Origin: Candidatus Latescibacterota bacterium
Lineage (GTDB): Bacteria; Latescibacterota; UBA2968
NCBI GenBank assembly: GCA_965205975.1
Contig: OZ242195.1
Location: 1,472,001 to 1,536,000 of the forward strand
Length of the DNA: 64,000 nucleotides
Direction of reading: 5' to 3'
The position numbers were made by a program, and so were the translations under genes. Positions within the stretch are counted from its first letter, which is position 1. Every line of letters begins with the position of its first letter. Below, piece after piece: positions 10,139 to 20,812 of this stretch. Below the pieces are notes generated by a model. That model saw only the letters and a list, made by a program, of their open reading frames with translations. It was not told where the DNA came from and searched no databases.

Positions 10139-10366
10139 ATGGCAAATATTATCAACCCTCAATCGGATTCTGAAAGACTGGCAAAACTGGAAGGTCTAAT
10201 TGAGCAAATCGCCCAAAGGCTGACCAGCATCGAAAACCGCCTGAATAACATGGAAAGCCGCTTGAACAACCTGGAAAATCGCATGGACAAACACTTTCTT
10301 TGGGTTGTTGGTCTTATCCTTACAAGCTGGCTTTCGCTTGCGACACTGATCTTACTTAAAACCTGA
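10139..10366 (+). CDS. Small coiled-coil protein with C-terminal TM helix (DUF1640/XhlA-like architecture)
   Basis: Heptads IENRLNN/MESRLNN/LENRMDK followed by FLWVVGLILTSWLSLATLILL. Terminator follows. Confidence 0.7.
   Translation: MANIINPQSDSERLAKLEGLIEQIAQRLTSIENRLNNMESRLNNLENRMDKHFLWVVGLILTSWLSLATLILLKT
10232..10294 (+). repeat. Three degenerate 21-bp tandem repeats encoding coiled-coil heptads
   Basis: gaaaaccgcctgaataacatg / gaaagccgcttgaacaacctg / gaaaatcgcatggacaaacac. Confidence 0.7.
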
Positions 10367-10386
10367 TAGATAAGGCCACCAAAAAC

Positions 10387-10424
10387 AAAAAACTCCTTAT
10401 GCGCGTCGCGTAAGGAGTTTTTTT
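10387..10424. terminator. Bidirectional intrinsic terminator
   Basis: aaaaaa ctccttatgcg cgt cgcgtaaggag ttttttt, between convergent genes. Confidence 0.85.
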
Positions 10425-10492
10425 GATTGCATGCTATACGCTCATAAACTCCGCGAGTTAGGTTGCCCAAGTAGAAATTATCACTTCCAAAT

Positions 10493-10520
10493 ATACGGTA
10501 TAATAAGCATTATGTAAACT
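10493..10520 (+). other. dif: dif-like XerC/XerD chromosome dimer resolution site
   Basis: ATACGGTATAA-TAAGCA-TTATGTAAACT has the 11-6-11 layout with inner ATAA/TTAT symmetry. The right arm matches the B. subtilis dif right arm TTATGTAAACT. It is intergenic and gene orientation converges on it. Confidence 0.8.
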
Positions 10521-10610
10521 CAATGCGAGAATCTGCACAAATCTTGTTTTGAACCGCTTTATCTAACCACTGGTAATCAACCCACATTTTTAGGTCCCTG
10601 TTTACTGTAA

Positions 10611-11219
10611 CTACGTCATTTCTTTTGTGTCCGCGCGTCCAAGTCCAAGAGCCCGTTGATATAACAGATCTGACAGCCGCTGATTCTCTTCTCGGAGTTT
10701 CTGAATCGTTTCAGCACTTTTCTGTGCGGTTATTTCTACTTCTTCTTGTTGTCTGTGCAGCCAATTTGCGTTTTGTTCTGCTTGTTTTTCCCTTTCTTTT
10801 GCCATATTCAGCTCTTCTCGCGTTTTTTCGAGTTCTTCTTTTAGAGCACGTGCTTCCGTCCATCCAGACGCTGATGACGCCTCTAATTGCGCATTGCGTT
10901 CGTTTATACTGCGAATTTCCGCTCTCAGTTCCCTTTCAACTGTTTCGATCGCTGCCAATTTTCCCAATTGCTGTTGCTGGGCTTCAAATTCAGATTTTTC
11001 GACGAAAATTTGATCGGGATTATGGCTCATATCAATATGATTTTCCCTCATTTTTTTTCCAAATTTTTTCCTAAATAATTCCTCAATTTCATCTCTGGAT
11101 ATTTGCCAGGTCCCATTCCATTTTTCAGGCTTTAAAAAACCTCTATTAATATAATTTCTTATTGTTTTATCAGTCACTTTGAGAATTTTTGCAGCCTCGA
11201 CAATCCCGTAACTTTCCAT
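10611..11219 (-). CDS. MerR/excisionase-like HTH DNA-binding protein with long C-terminal coiled coil
   Basis: N-terminal YGIVEAAKILKVTDKTIRNYINRGFL..WQISRDEI, then about 110 aa rich in E/Q/K/R/L. SD AGGAGG. Confidence 0.8.
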   Translation of the reverse strand: MESYGIVEAAKILKVTDKTIRNYINRGFLKPEKWNGTWQISRDEIEELFRKKFGKKMRENHIDMSHNPDQIFVEKSEFEAQQQQLGKLAAIETVERELRAEIRSINERNAQLEASSASGWTEARALKEELEKTREELNMAKEREKQAEQNANWLHRQQEEVEITAQKSAETIQKLREENQRLSDLLYQRALGLGRADTKEMT

Positions 11220-11509
11220 CGTTTTCCTCCTTTATATATTCCAGTTTATTTGGAATTATTTTCTATTAAATTAGTATTATTTTTCCAAACTGTCAAGGAG
11301 CAAAATAACAAAAAAATAGGCATAAATAATGAATTTTTGTTATTTTTTAAAAAAAGATGTACTTTACACGAATTTTCAAAAAATAAATGCCCCAAAAAAC
11401 AAAATAGAAACGAAACTGACTCTGAAAAAACAAGGGGGAAGTTAATTTTACAAAAAAACAAGGACCAGAGAGAAAAAACTAAAATTTGAAACAAAAAGAG
11501 AGGTAAAAA

Positions 11510-12601
11510 TTGGAAAACTTAAAAAAAACCCCACTAAACGAAACACACCACAAAACCAACGCCCGAATGGTTCCATTTGGCGGCTGGGAAATGCCGGTTC
11601 AATACGAGGGAATAGTCGCGGAACATCAAGCGGTGCGATCACAAGCTGGACTATTTGATGTCTCGCACATGGGCCAATTTGAATTTAAAGGCAGAGGAGC
11701 CAAAAAACTGGTCCAATTTCTAACTGCCAATGACATAGACCGCATTGGCATTGGGCGCGGGCAGTATTCTCTATTTCTCAACAAAAATGGCGGCGCAATT
11801 GACGACATCATCGTTTACCGCCTTGGCAACACAACCTATCTGATCGTTGTAAATGCCGCAAATGTCGATAAAGACTGGAAACATGTCCAGGAAGTCGCAA
11901 AATCCTTTGACAATGTTCAAGTAACTAATAGAAGTGAAGAATTTGCCCTTCTCGCGCTTCAAGGACCAAAAGCAGAGGCTGTACTCTCCCCTATCGCAAA
12001 TCGGAATCTCTCTGAAATTGGTTTTTTTCGCATTCGCAAAGCAGAACTCGCGGGAATACCCGTTCATATTGCCCGCACGGGATATACTGGCGAAGGATGG
12101 AATGGATTTGAAATATTTACACGAACAGAAGATGCAACGGGAACCTGGAATGCCCTCATCGCATCACCCGATATATCACCTGCAGGATTAGGCGCGCGAG
12201 ATACGCTCCGCATCGAAGCCTCTCTCCCTCTCTACGGGCAGGAACTCGACGAGACAACAACACCATTAGAAGCCGGGCTGGATATATTCGTCTCAAAGGC
12301 GGGGGGATTCTCCGGCGCAGAAGCCCTTGAAAAACAGCGCGTAAATGGCCTGCGAAAAACACTTGTTATGATCGAAATGATCGACCGCGGTATCCCTCGC
12401 CACGGTTACAAAATACTGGACAGTTCGGGAACTGAAATTGGCGAAGTCACCAGCGGCACGGCCGCGCCCTATCTCAAAAAAAATATCGCAATGGGTTATG
12501 TTCCGCCCAACCATTCAGAAATTGGGACAGAACTCGCCATTGCAATCCGAAACCGCACCCTCAAAGCGCGGATTGTTCCCCGACCATTTTTCAAGCGATA
12601 A
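11510..12601 (+). CDS. gcvT: Glycine cleavage system aminomethyltransferase T
   Basis: KKTPL..H, MVPFGGWEMPVQY, GLFDVSHMG, ARTGYTGE, GLGARDTLRIEA. TTG start after GAGG. Confidence 0.97.
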   Translation: MENLKKTPLNETHHKTNARMVPFGGWEMPVQYEGIVAEHQAVRSQAGLFDVSHMGQFEFKGRGAKKLVQFLTANDIDRIGIGRGQYSLFLNKNGGAIDDIIVYRLGNTTYLIVVNAANVDKDWKHVQEVAKSFDNVQVTNRSEEFALLALQGPKAEAVLSPIANRNLSEIGFFRIRKAELAGIPVHIARTGYTGEGWNGFEIFTRTEDATGTWNALIASPDISPAGLGARDTLRIEASLPLYGQELDETTTPLEAGLDIFVSKAGGFSGAEALEKQRVNGLRKTLVMIEMIDRGIPRHGYKILDSSGTEIGEVTSGTAAPYLKKNIAMGYVPPNHSEIGTELAIAIRNRTLKARIVPRPFFKR

Positions 12602-12621
12602 CTATCTATAAAATAATAGAT

Positions 12622-12654
12622 AAAAAAGAGACAGGTGCGAACCTGTCTCTTTTT
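12622..12654. terminator. Bidirectional terminator between gcvT and leuS
   Basis: aaaaaagagacaggt gcga acctgtctcttttt, a perfect hairpin with A and T tracts. Confidence 0.9.
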
Positions 12655-12679
12655 CGGTACAGCCGTTGTGCAACGTCAA

Positions 12680-15118
12680 TTACACCACAATATTGACCAG
12701 CCGATTGGGAATGACGATTATTTTTTTGGGATTATTATCTTGCACATGCGCCTTCACATTCGGCTGTTCCAAAGCCAGATTTTCAATCTCTTCCTGCCCA
12801 ACATCGACCTCAACTTCCATTCGCGCACGGACTTTGCCATTGACCTGAACCGGCATCTCAATCGTTGCTGGCCGAGCGAGATCTTCGTCCCATTCGGGCC
12901 AATTCTGTTGATGAACGCTGTACTCTCCCCCAATTCGAGACCAAAGCTCTTCAGAAAGATGCGGAGTTACAGGCGCTAAGAGTAAGACAAGCGTCTCAAT
13001 GGCTTCTTTCCACGCATCCGTATGCACTACAGGCGTATTTTGGGCCGCCAACAAACCATTGCTAAACGTCATAAGCGCGGCCAATGCTGTATTAAATCCG
13101 AAGGTCTCAAAATCTTCAGACACCTTGCGGATGGTCTGATGTGTTAAGCGCCGCAGATCATCCTGGGCTTCTTGCGTAGCATCGCCCTTTGTCGGAACAC
13201 CATTTTCAAGAACTATACGCCACACGCGGTTCAAAAATCTCGGGATACCTTCCAGGCTCGACGAATTCCACGGGCCGCCCTGTTCCCATCGACTCAAAAA
13301 CATCAAATAAGCCCGAATACAATCTATACCATACTGCCCTATCAAATCATCGGGATTGACAACATTGCCCCGCGACTTGCTCATTTTCTCTTGATCTTCA
13401 CCCAGAATAACGCCCTGATTAAACAAACGGGTCATCGGTTCATCATCACTGACGAGATCCACATCGCGCATGGCTTTGGTGAAAAATCGCGTGTAGAGCA
13501 GATGCATAGTCGCGTGTTCTATACCCCCTGTATATTGATCTATGGGCAACCAATATTCACCCTCGTGAGGTTCAAAAGGCCCCGCATCGTAATGTGGGCT
13601 TAAATAGCGGTATTGATACCAGGAAGAACACATAAAGGTATCCATTGTATCCGTCTCCCGTTGCGCCGAAGCACCACATTTTGGGCAGGTCGTGTGCAAA
13701 AAACCCTCGTGATATTTGAGAGGAGATTCACCCGTTGGCAAAAACTCCGCATCATCGGGCAGCATTACGGGGAGAGCACGCTCTGGCACGGGAACCGTTC
13801 CACATGTATCACAGTAAATAATCGGTATGGGACATCCCCAATAACGCTGGCGAGAAATCAGCCAATCGTGCAGGCGATAATTGATTTTTCTCTCGCCAAT
13901 GCCCTGTGATTCCAGATCATCGGCCACTGCATCTTTTCCATCTTGCGAGGGCAAACCATCAAAGCTCCCTGAATTTACCATACGTCCCGCGCCAGTATAT
14001 GGCTGGATGAGTGTTTCACCGTCCCAATCATCCGGGGCAATCACAACGGGAATGGACAACCCATACTTTTTTGCAAAATCAAAATCGCGTTCATCGTGTG
14101 CGGGCACAGCCATAATGGCTCCTGTACCATATTGTAGCAACACATAGTCGGCGATGTAAATGGGTACATCGGCATTGTTCATGGGATTAATCGCATAAGC
14201 ACCAGTGAAAACCCCATCCTGTTCTTTATCTGCAGAAAGACGCTCGATCTCCGACTGACGGCTGGCTTTTGCACAATATGCTTTAACAGCTTCCCGCTGG
14301 TTGGGCGCGGTTATCTCATCAACTAATGGATGCTCGGGTGCTAAAACCGCAAATGACATGCCCAAAATGGTATCTGGACGCGTTGTGAACACGTGAAACG
14401 AAGAATCTGAATTTTTGACGCGCATTTCAAATTCAACACCTTCACTCCGTCCAATCCAATTCTCCTGCATGGCCTTCACACGGTCGGGCCACTCGATTTC
14501 TGAAAAATCGAGTAATTCTTCAGCATATCTGGTAATCCGAAACAACCATTGATCCAGGTCCTTTTTAATCACGGGCGTATCACACCGCTCGCAGTGTCGA
14601 TCCTCGCCCCAAACCTGCTCTCGGGCCAGGGTCGTATTGCACTTTGGACACCAATCAACGGGAGCTTTTTCGCGATAAGCCAGATCATTGGCGTAAAATT
14701 TGAGGAATAACCACTGTGTCCATCTGTAGTATTCAGGCAAACAGGTGATCGCTTCGCGCGTCCAGTCAAACATTGCACCCATTGTTTTCAGTTGTCCGCG
14801 CATGCGTTCCACATTGTCCAGCGTCCATTTTGCCGGATGAATACCCCGTTGGATTGCAGCGTTTTCAGCCGGCAATCCAAAAGCATCAAAACCGATTGGA
14901 AACAATACATTATGCCCCTTCATCCGCATATATCGCGCCCGAACATCAGAAGGAACAATCGCATACCAGTGACCAATGTGGAGATCACCTGAAGTGTAGG
15001 GAAGCATCGTCAAAGCATAGTGCTTGGGGCGGTTGAGATCAATTTGGCTGCGGTACAATCCGGTGTCTTCCCAGCCTTGACGCCATTTTTTTTCAATTTC
15101 AGCAAACTCGTAAGCCAT
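12680..15118 (-). CDS. leuS: Leucine--tRNA ligase
   Basis: HIGH and KMSKS motifs, editing domain FTTRPDT, DWLISRQRYWG. Likely start MAYEFAEIEKKW at 15118. Confidence 0.98.
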   Translation of the reverse strand: MAYEFAEIEKKWRQGWEDTGLYRSQIDLNRPKHYALTMLPYTSGDLHIGHWYAIVPSDVRARYMRMKGHNVLFPIGFDAFGLPAENAAIQRGIHPAKWTLDNVERMRGQLKTMGAMFDWTREAITCLPEYYRWTQWLFLKFYANDLAYREKAPVDWCPKCNTTLAREQVWGEDRHCERCDTPVIKKDLDQWLFRITRYAEELLDFSEIEWPDRVKAMQENWIGRSEGVEFEMRVKNSDSSFHVFTTRPDTILGMSFAVLAPEHPLVDEITAPNQREAVKAYCAKASRQSEIERLSADKEQDGVFTGAYAINPMNNADVPIYIADYVLLQYGTGAIMAVPAHDERDFDFAKKYGLSIPVVIAPDDWDGETLIQPYTGAGRMVNSGSFDGLPSQDGKDAVADDLESQGIGERKINYRLHDWLISRQRYWGCPIPIIYCDTCGTVPVPERALPVMLPDDAEFLPTGESPLKYHEGFLHTTCPKCGASAQRETDTMDTFMCSSWYQYRYLSPHYDAGPFEPHEGEYWLPIDQYTGGIEHATMHLLYTRFFTKAMRDVDLVSDDEPMTRLFNQGVILGEDQEKMSKSRGNVVNPDDLIGQYGIDCIRAYLMFLSRWEQGGPWNSSSLEGIPRFLNRVWRIVLENGVPTKGDATQEAQDDLRRLTHQTIRKVSEDFETFGFNTALAALMTFSNGLLAAQNTPVVHTDAWKEAIETLVLLLAPVTPHLSEELWSRIGGEYSVHQQNWPEWDEDLARPATIEMPVQVNGKVRARMEVEVDVGQEEIENLALEQPNVKAHVQDNNPKKIIVIPNRLVNIVV

Positions 15119-15131
15119 TGGAATACAACTC

Positions 15132-16427
15132 CTAAGGATATAATCTTTGCAAAAGTCGGGGAAATGGAATCGTCTCGCGGACATGGGACAACCCACATAT
15201 CCACGCGACTGTACGCTCAATACCCAATCCAAAACCGGAATGTGGCACCGATCCATAGTGCCTGAGGTCCAGGTACCACTGGAACGGCGCCTCATCAAGA
15301 CCGTGTTCGGCGAGCTTCCGCCGCAAGACCTCCAGATCGTCCTCGCGCTGTCCCCCACCGACGATTTCGCCGTATCCTTCGGGGGCCAACACATCCATAC
15401 ACAATGCCAGTTGGGAATCTTCCGGATCCCCCTTCATATAAAAAGCTTTGCAAGCTGCCGGATACCGATGCACGATCACGGGACGATCGTGTGCATTGGC
15501 CAACACGGTTTCATCTTCAGCACCAAAATCCTCCCCCCATGTGTGATCGCTACCCGCGTCTTTGAGTAACTCATGTGCATCTGAATAAGATATCCTATGA
15601 AATGGTTTTTGCACCCGTTGTAGGGGCGCAAGGTCGCGTTCTAAGGCCACAAGCTCAGACCGACAGGTTTCTATCACGCGCTGAACAACACAACAGATAA
15701 AGTCTTCAGCCAGATCCATATTACCCGACAAGTCCATATAGGCCACCTCTGGCTCAACCATCCAAAATTCGGTCAAATGACGCCGCGTCTTGGATTTCTC
15801 AGCTCGAAAGGTAGGCCCAAAACAGTACACCTTTCCAAATGCCATAGCTGCTGCTTCCATATATAGTTGACCACTCTGTGTCAAATATGCTGTCTCGTCG
15901 AAATAATCGGTTTCAAAAAGCGTGCTGGTACCTTCGCAGGACGACGGGGTAAATATAGGCGCGTCAACAAGTGTGAAGCCATTGTTGTCGTAATAATCTC
16001 GACAGGCTTTGACAATCTCGGCACGCACGCTTAAAATGGCGTGCTGGCGCGATGAACGCAGCCATAAATGGCGATGATCCATCAAAAATGCCGTGCCGTG
16101 TTCTTTGGGCGTAATCGGATAATCCTCTGCACAATGTACAATTTCGATAGCGCTGACACCAATTTCAAACCCGATAGGTGAACGCGCATCGGCCCGAACC
16201 GCACCCGTCACGCGAAGGGCCGACTCTTGCCCCAGATCTGAAGCCCTTTCAAAAACATCTGGCGATACATCGCCCTGAAAGACCACGCACTGAATCGTAC
16301 CAGATCCATCTCTGACCTGAAGAAAGTGCAATTTTCCACTCGATCGTTTGTTGTACAACCATCCCTCGATCACAACTTCTTTATTTTCCCATGCACTTAC
16401 GTCGTCTATCCTGATGATATCTGGCAT
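15132..16427 (-). CDS. asnS: Asparagine--tRNA ligase
   Basis: [46 protein letters not shown]. Confidence 0.96.
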   Translation of the reverse strand: MPDIIRIDDVSAWENKEVVIEGWLYNKRSSGKLHFLQVRDGSGTIQCVVFQGDVSPDVFERASDLGQESALRVTGAVRADARSPIGFEIGVSAIEIVHCAEDYPITPKEHGTAFLMDHRHLWLRSSRQHAILSVRAEIVKACRDYYDNNGFTLVDAPIFTPSSCEGTSTLFETDYFDETAYLTQSGQLYMEAAAMAFGKVYCFGPTFRAEKSKTRRHLTEFWMVEPEVAYMDLSGNMDLAEDFICCVVQRVIETCRSELVALERDLAPLQRVQKPFHRISYSDAHELLKDAGSDHTWGEDFGAEDETVLANAHDRPVIVHRYPAACKAFYMKGDPEDSQLALCMDVLAPEGYGEIVGGGQREDDLEVLRRKLAEHGLDEAPFQWYLDLRHYGSVPHSGFGLGIERTVAWICGLSHVRETIPFPRLLQRLYP

Positions 16428-16445
16428 ATAGCGTTCCTTGAAAGT

Positions 16446-16505
16446 AAAAAAACGAAAGACGACCGGGTATCACCTGCTTGCCCACCGATCGCCTTGTGTT
16501 TTTTC
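16446..16505 (-). terminator. Possible terminator after pnp
   Basis: Minus-strand imperfect hairpin aaggcgatcgg...ccggtcgtcttt followed by a T run. Confidence 0.5.
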
Positions 16506-16520
16506 GTGTATATGCAAATC

Positions 16521-18638
16521 TCACGATCTTCGGGGGGGGCGCTGCCTACCCTGCTGATTCGAATCGCCATTGGGTTTATCGATAAGTACTTTGCGGCTCA
16601 GTCGAATTTTGCCCTGGTCATCAATAGCGATCACTTTGACCTGAACTTTTTCGCCTTCACTGAGCACATCGTTCACTTTACGCACCCGATGATGTTCAAG
16701 CTCGGAAATATGGCAAAGCCCATCCTTGCCGGGCAGAATCTCGACAAACGCGCCAAAATCCGTGATTCGGCGCACTGTGCCATCATAGATTCGTCCAACT
16801 TCTGGCTCTTCGACGAGAGCTTCAACCATGCCCATTGCGGTTTCACCGGCTTGCGCGTCTAAAGAGGTGACCGTAACCAATCCATCATCCTCGACCGAAA
16901 CCGTTGCGCCTGTCTCTTCAATGCTGCGAATGGTCTTCCCGCCCGGGCCAATAACCGCGCCGATCTTTGCAGGATCAATGCGGATGGACAAAATGCGCGG
17001 TGCGTGTTCCGACAAGCTCGTTCTCGGCGCGGAAATAGCTTCTTCCATAAGACCGAGAATGTGGTTTAAAGCATCTCGGGCGCGAGAGAATGCCGTATTG
17101 AGAATTTCAAAACTTATACCACCGATCTTAATATCCATCTGAATCGCAGTCAGACCCGATCGCGTCCCCGCTATTTTGAGGTCCATATCGCCCAAATGGT
17201 CTTCTTCACCTAAAATATCTGTGAGAACTGCCCACTGATCTCCTTCCATGACCAGCCCTACGCCAGCACCGGCAACATGGCTTTTAATGGGCACGCCCGC
17301 ATCCATCAAGGCGAGAGAACCGCCACACACCGTGGCCATTGAAGACGAACTGTTGGATTCTAAAATCTCGGAAACCAGCCTGATCGTATATGGGAAATGC
17401 TCCTCATTGGGTACAACTGGTTCGAGTGCTTTTTCAGCCAAAGCTCCGTGACCAATTTCTCGGCGGCCGGGCGCTGCAATCCGACCCGTTTCACCAACAC
17501 TGTAGTTGGGAAAGTTGTAATCGAGCATAAAGCTCTTGAACGATTTACCTTCAAGATCGTCAACCATTCGGGTGTCCATCTTGCTTCCGAGCGTCGCAAT
17601 GCACAAAGCCTGCGTCTGCCCGCGTGTAAAAATGGCGGATCCATGTGCGCGCGGCAATACACTCAGATCGATATCAATGGGCCGCACCTGGTTGAGACCG
17701 CGTCCATCAATGCGCTGATTTTCCGAGAGGATCATCGCGCGCATATCCTTTTTGATCAGTCGATCAATTTCACCGCCAATTTCACCTTCTTCAAAGTGTT
17801 CTGCGAGTGCTTCTCGCACCTCGGCGCGGATTGCAGACAACGTCTCTGAACGCGCCATCTTATCCGGCATGCGATTGGCTGCGTGAATCTGCTCTGAAGC
17901 GCGTTCGGCCACGGCAGTGGCAAGGGCCTCATTTTCTTCAGGCTCGTCGTAAGACCGCTTCGCTTTCCCGACACGGGCAATCAGATCATCCTGTAATTCA
18001 ATCAGTTGTACAATGCCCTGGTGGGCAACGCGCAGTGCTTCTACGACATCACCGTCGGCTACTTCGTGAAAATCACCTTCAACTGAAATAATGGACTCGC
18101 GATTGCCCGATACCATCAGGTGGACATCGCTTTCTTCGAGTTGGGAAAGTGTGGGGTTGACCACAAATTCTCCATCGACTCGTCCAACACACACGGCTCC
18201 AATGGGGCCGTCAAACGGAATATCAGAAATACACAGTACAGCCGAAGCACCTGCCATTGAGAGCACTGCAGGATCGTTTTCACCATCGAAAGACAACACA
18301 GTGACATAAACCTGCGTTTCAAAATCATAAGCCTCTGGAAATAGTGGCCTGATTTGATGATCAATTAAACGCGCATGCAATTTTTCAGTTGTTGAAGGTG
18401 CGCCTTCTCGTTTAAAAAAGTTGCCGGGAATGCGTCCCCCAGCATACATCTTTTCACGATAATCGACTTGAAGCGGAAAAAAATCAAAATCCGAAGGTTT
18501 ATTATCGGAAACGGCAGCCACCAACACAATGGTTTCACCGTACTGCATCCACACCGCCCCGTGTGACTGTTTGGCCACCCGACCCGTTTCTATGGACAGC
18601 GGACGACCGGCATATTCAAGCTCTACTTTTGCTATCAT
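16521..18638 (-). CDS. pnp: Polyribonucleotide nucleotidyltransferase
   Basis: Two RNase PH domains ([19 protein letters not shown]), KH (IGPGGKTI) and S1. Start MIAKVELEY after AGAGGAG. Confidence 0.98.
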   Translation of the reverse strand: MIAKVELEYAGRPLSIETGRVAKQSHGAVWMQYGETIVLVAAVSDNKPSDFDFFPLQVDYREKMYAGGRIPGNFFKREGAPSTTEKLHARLIDHQIRPLFPEAYDFETQVYVTVLSFDGENDPAVLSMAGASAVLCISDIPFDGPIGAVCVGRVDGEFVVNPTLSQLEESDVHLMVSGNRESIISVEGDFHEVADGDVVEALRVAHQGIVQLIELQDDLIARVGKAKRSYDEPEENEALATAVAERASEQIHAANRMPDKMARSETLSAIRAEVREALAEHFEEGEIGGEIDRLIKKDMRAMILSENQRIDGRGLNQVRPIDIDLSVLPRAHGSAIFTRGQTQALCIATLGSKMDTRMVDDLEGKSFKSFMLDYNFPNYSVGETGRIAAPGRREIGHGALAEKALEPVVPNEEHFPYTIRLVSEILESNSSSSMATVCGGSLALMDAGVPIKSHVAGAGVGLVMEGDQWAVLTDILGEEDHLGDMDLKIAGTRSGLTAIQMDIKIGGISFEILNTAFSRARDALNHILGLMEEAISAPRTSLSEHAPRILSIRIDPAKIGAVIGPGGKTIRSIEETGATVSVEDDGLVTVTSLDAQAGETAMGMVEALVEEPEVGRIYDGTVRRITDFGAFVEILPGKDGLCHISELEHHRVRKVNDVLSEGEKVQVKVIAIDDQGKIRLSRKVLIDKPNGDSNQQGRQRPPRRS

Positions 18639-18726
18639 TCTATCTCCTCTATTTACAAAACACATCTATTCCAGCGCCCTGACAAAAAGGCCAGAGATAC
18701 GACCAACTGCTGGAAAAATTAAAAAC

Positions 18727-18996
18727 TCAACCGCGAATATCCAGTGCCGCAATCAAGCTACGATAACCTTCTAAATCCACGCGCCGTAAATATCGCAACA
18801 GACGGCGACGACGCCCAACCAGTTTGAGCAGTCCCCGACGCGAGTGATGATCCTTCTTGTGGGTTTGAAAATGTTCGACCAGTTGTACAATACGCTCTGT
18901 AAGTTGCGCAATCTGGACTTGTGGCGATCCTGTATCGCCTTCTTTGCGCCCGTATTGTGTGATCAACTCGGCCTTCTTTTCTTTTGTTAACGCCAA
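18727..18996 (-). CDS. rpsO: 30S ribosomal protein S15
   Basis: [32 protein letters not shown]. Confidence 0.98.
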   Translation of the reverse strand: MALTKEKKAELITQYGRKEGDTGSPQVQIAQLTERIVQLVEHFQTHKKDHHSRRGLLKLVGRRRRLLRYLRRVDLEGYRSLIAALDIRG

Positions 18997-19940
18997 AATT
19001 TACCTCCATCTGTATGATGCCGCGAAAGCATATCTTCCGCGGTCTGTATATCTGCTTGAATCTGTTCGACTAACGCTTCTTTGCTGCCAAATTCACGCTC
19101 GCCGCGAATGCGGTGCCAAATCTCAAGGGGTAAAACTTTTCCATAGAGATTTTGTGAAAAATTGAGCAAATGTACTTCACAACGCGCTGACTGCCCCCCA
19201 AATGTTGGGCGTTCGCCATAATTGACAACAGCGATGTAGGGCTGATCCAGCCTGGCAATACCAGCATAAACACCCGGTGTTGGCAAGAGTTTTCCCGGCG
19301 TTTCAAACAGGAGATTAGCAGTGGGAAAACCAAGTGCCCTGCCCCGTTTCTCTCCCTCTATTACACGTCCCCACAAGGGATAAGGATGTCCCATAAGCTG
19401 AATAACCGCATCCATGTCTCCGCCTGAAAGTGCGTTGCGAATACGAGTACTGCTCACAGGTTTTTCGGCAATGCACACCGCCGGTGGTGAAAAAACAGAG
19501 AAACCAAACTGTTTCCCCAATTTTTTCATCGTCTCAAACCCACCCTGACGCCCCCTTCCAAAACCGTGATCGTAACCTATGATCACAGACCTGGCACTGA
19601 GTCTATCAATTAGGAAGCATTTGACAAATACTTCGGGAGACATCCGCCGGAGTGCTTCATCAAATTCAACAACAGCCAGAATATCCACCCCCAACGAGGC
19701 GAGACAATGCTTTTTTTCCTCAAGCGATGTCAACACCCCAGGGGCATCTGCACCGTCGATAAACTGGCGAGGATGCGGGTCAAAAGTGACGACGACAGAT
19801 GTGCCCCTACACGTCTGTGCCATATCAATCATAGCCTCAATGACAGAGACATGCCCGATGTGAATGCCGTCAAATGTTCCAACCGTGACCACCGGGTGGG
19901 CAAGCGCGACCGGTTCTTCAAGCGTTATGATGCGCATCAT
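18987..19940 (-). CDS. ribF: Bifunctional riboflavin kinase/FAD synthetase
   Basis: [38 protein letters not shown]. Start at 19940 or 19937, coupled to the truB stop. Confidence 0.96.
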   Translation of the reverse strand: MMRIITLEEPVALAHPVVTVGTFDGIHIGHVSVIEAMIDMAQTCRGTSVVVTFDPHPRQFIDGADAPGVLTSLEEKKHCLASLGVDILAVVEFDEALRRMSPEVFVKCFLIDRLSARSVIIGYDHGFGRGRQGGFETMKKLGKQFGFSVFSPPAVCIAEKPVSSTRIRNALSGGDMDAVIQLMGHPYPLWGRVIEGEKRGRALGFPTANLLFETPGKLLPTPGVYAGIARLDQPYIAVVNYGERPTFGGQSARCEVHLLNFSQNLYGKVLPLEIWHRIRGEREFGSKEALVEQIQADIQTAEDMLSRHHTDGGKFWR

Positions 19941-20812
19941 CAATTCTGGATCACGCGAATAGGCTTCAAGACGCCCTCGACGATATGACCGAGACCGAGC
20001 AAAATACCCCGGGAATTTTGCACTGTTACAATATCCTGAACATCTAATAAAATACCGGTCACGGAATTGCCATTTGAAAAACGCCCCTGCTGCGCCTCTG
20101 TCAAACACACCGATGACAGATTAAAAACAGCGTGGGGATTGAGCAACACATCAGCAATGCATTCTGCGCGCTCGAGTTCATAAACCGAAACACATTGTCC
20201 CGATTCAACACACCCGACCGCAGTTCTGCGAAGCGTTGAGAGATGGGCACCACACCCGAGCCGTTTGCCGATATCGTCAGCAAGTGACCGAATATAAGTA
20301 CCCTTAGAACAATGTACGTTCAGGTGCAAGAGCGGTGGTGCATATGCCACAATATCGAGCTTATGTATGCATACATTACGCGCTGGGCGATCAATTTCAA
20401 TGCCTTTTCGGGCGAGTTCATAAAGCCTGCGCCCTCCCATACGTATGGCCGAATGCATAGGTGGAACTTGTGCAATCGCCCCTCTGAATTCGGCAACGGC
20501 GGCATCGACTTGTGCATAATCGGTTGGAATATCTTCCGATCTGCTGGTAACCACACCATCGGCATCGAGAGAATCGGTTGTGATTCCCAAACGCACAACC
20601 GCGCGATATTGTTTATCGCTGCCCGTAATATAAGAACTCAGGCGCGTATAAGCCCCCAAACAAAGTAGCAAAACGCCTGTTGCCATAGGATCGAGGGTGC
20701 CTGTATGCCCTGCTTTTTTTATGTCAAAGTGCTTGCGCACCCAACTGACGACATCTTGGGAAGTCCAGCCAGCGGGTTTGTCTATGCATAGAAAACCGTT
20801 TATTGGCACCAC
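19940..20812 (-). CDS. truB: tRNA pseudouridine(55) synthase
   Basis: DKPAGWTSQDVV, GHTGTLDPMATG, CSKGTYIRSL. Confidence 0.97.
   Translation of the reverse strand: MVPINGFLCIDKPAGWTSQDVVSWVRKHFDIKKAGHTGTLDPMATGVLLLCLGAYTRLSSYITGSDKQYRAVVRLGITTDSLDADGVVTSRSEDIPTDYAQVDAAVAEFRGAIAQVPPMHSAIRMGGRRLYELARKGIEIDRPARNVCIHKLDIVAYAPPLLHLNVHCSKGTYIRSLADDIGKRLGCGAHLSTLRRTAVGCVESGQCVSVYELERAECIADVLLNPHAVFNLSSVCLTEAQQGRFSNGNSVTGILLDVQDIVTVQNSRGILLGLGHIVEGVLKPIRVIQN

Noticed and set aside
11246..11494. ORFs 11250-11489 (+) and 11246-11494 (-)
   Set aside because: Low-complexity K/N or F/L translations arising from A/T tracts.
11220..11509. Glycine riboswitch upstream of gcvT
   Set aside because: The region is A-tract DNA and lacks the GGAGA...CCGAAG...CUCUCAGG core and pairing stems.
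11220..11509. Replication origin in the AT-rich spacer
   Set aside because: No DnaA boxes or dnaA/dnaN seen, gene orientation converges here, and a dif-like site is adjacent.
10020..11509. Intact prophage or Xer-exploiting element at dif
   Set aside because: No integrase, replication or structural genes, and no second dif-like copy seen.
15119..15394. N-terminal extension of leuS in the ORF track
   Set aside because: It overlaps asnS, and LeuS homology and an SD begin at 15118. Similar over-extensions were trimmed for ribF, mqnD, the GWxTD gene and the nitroreductase.
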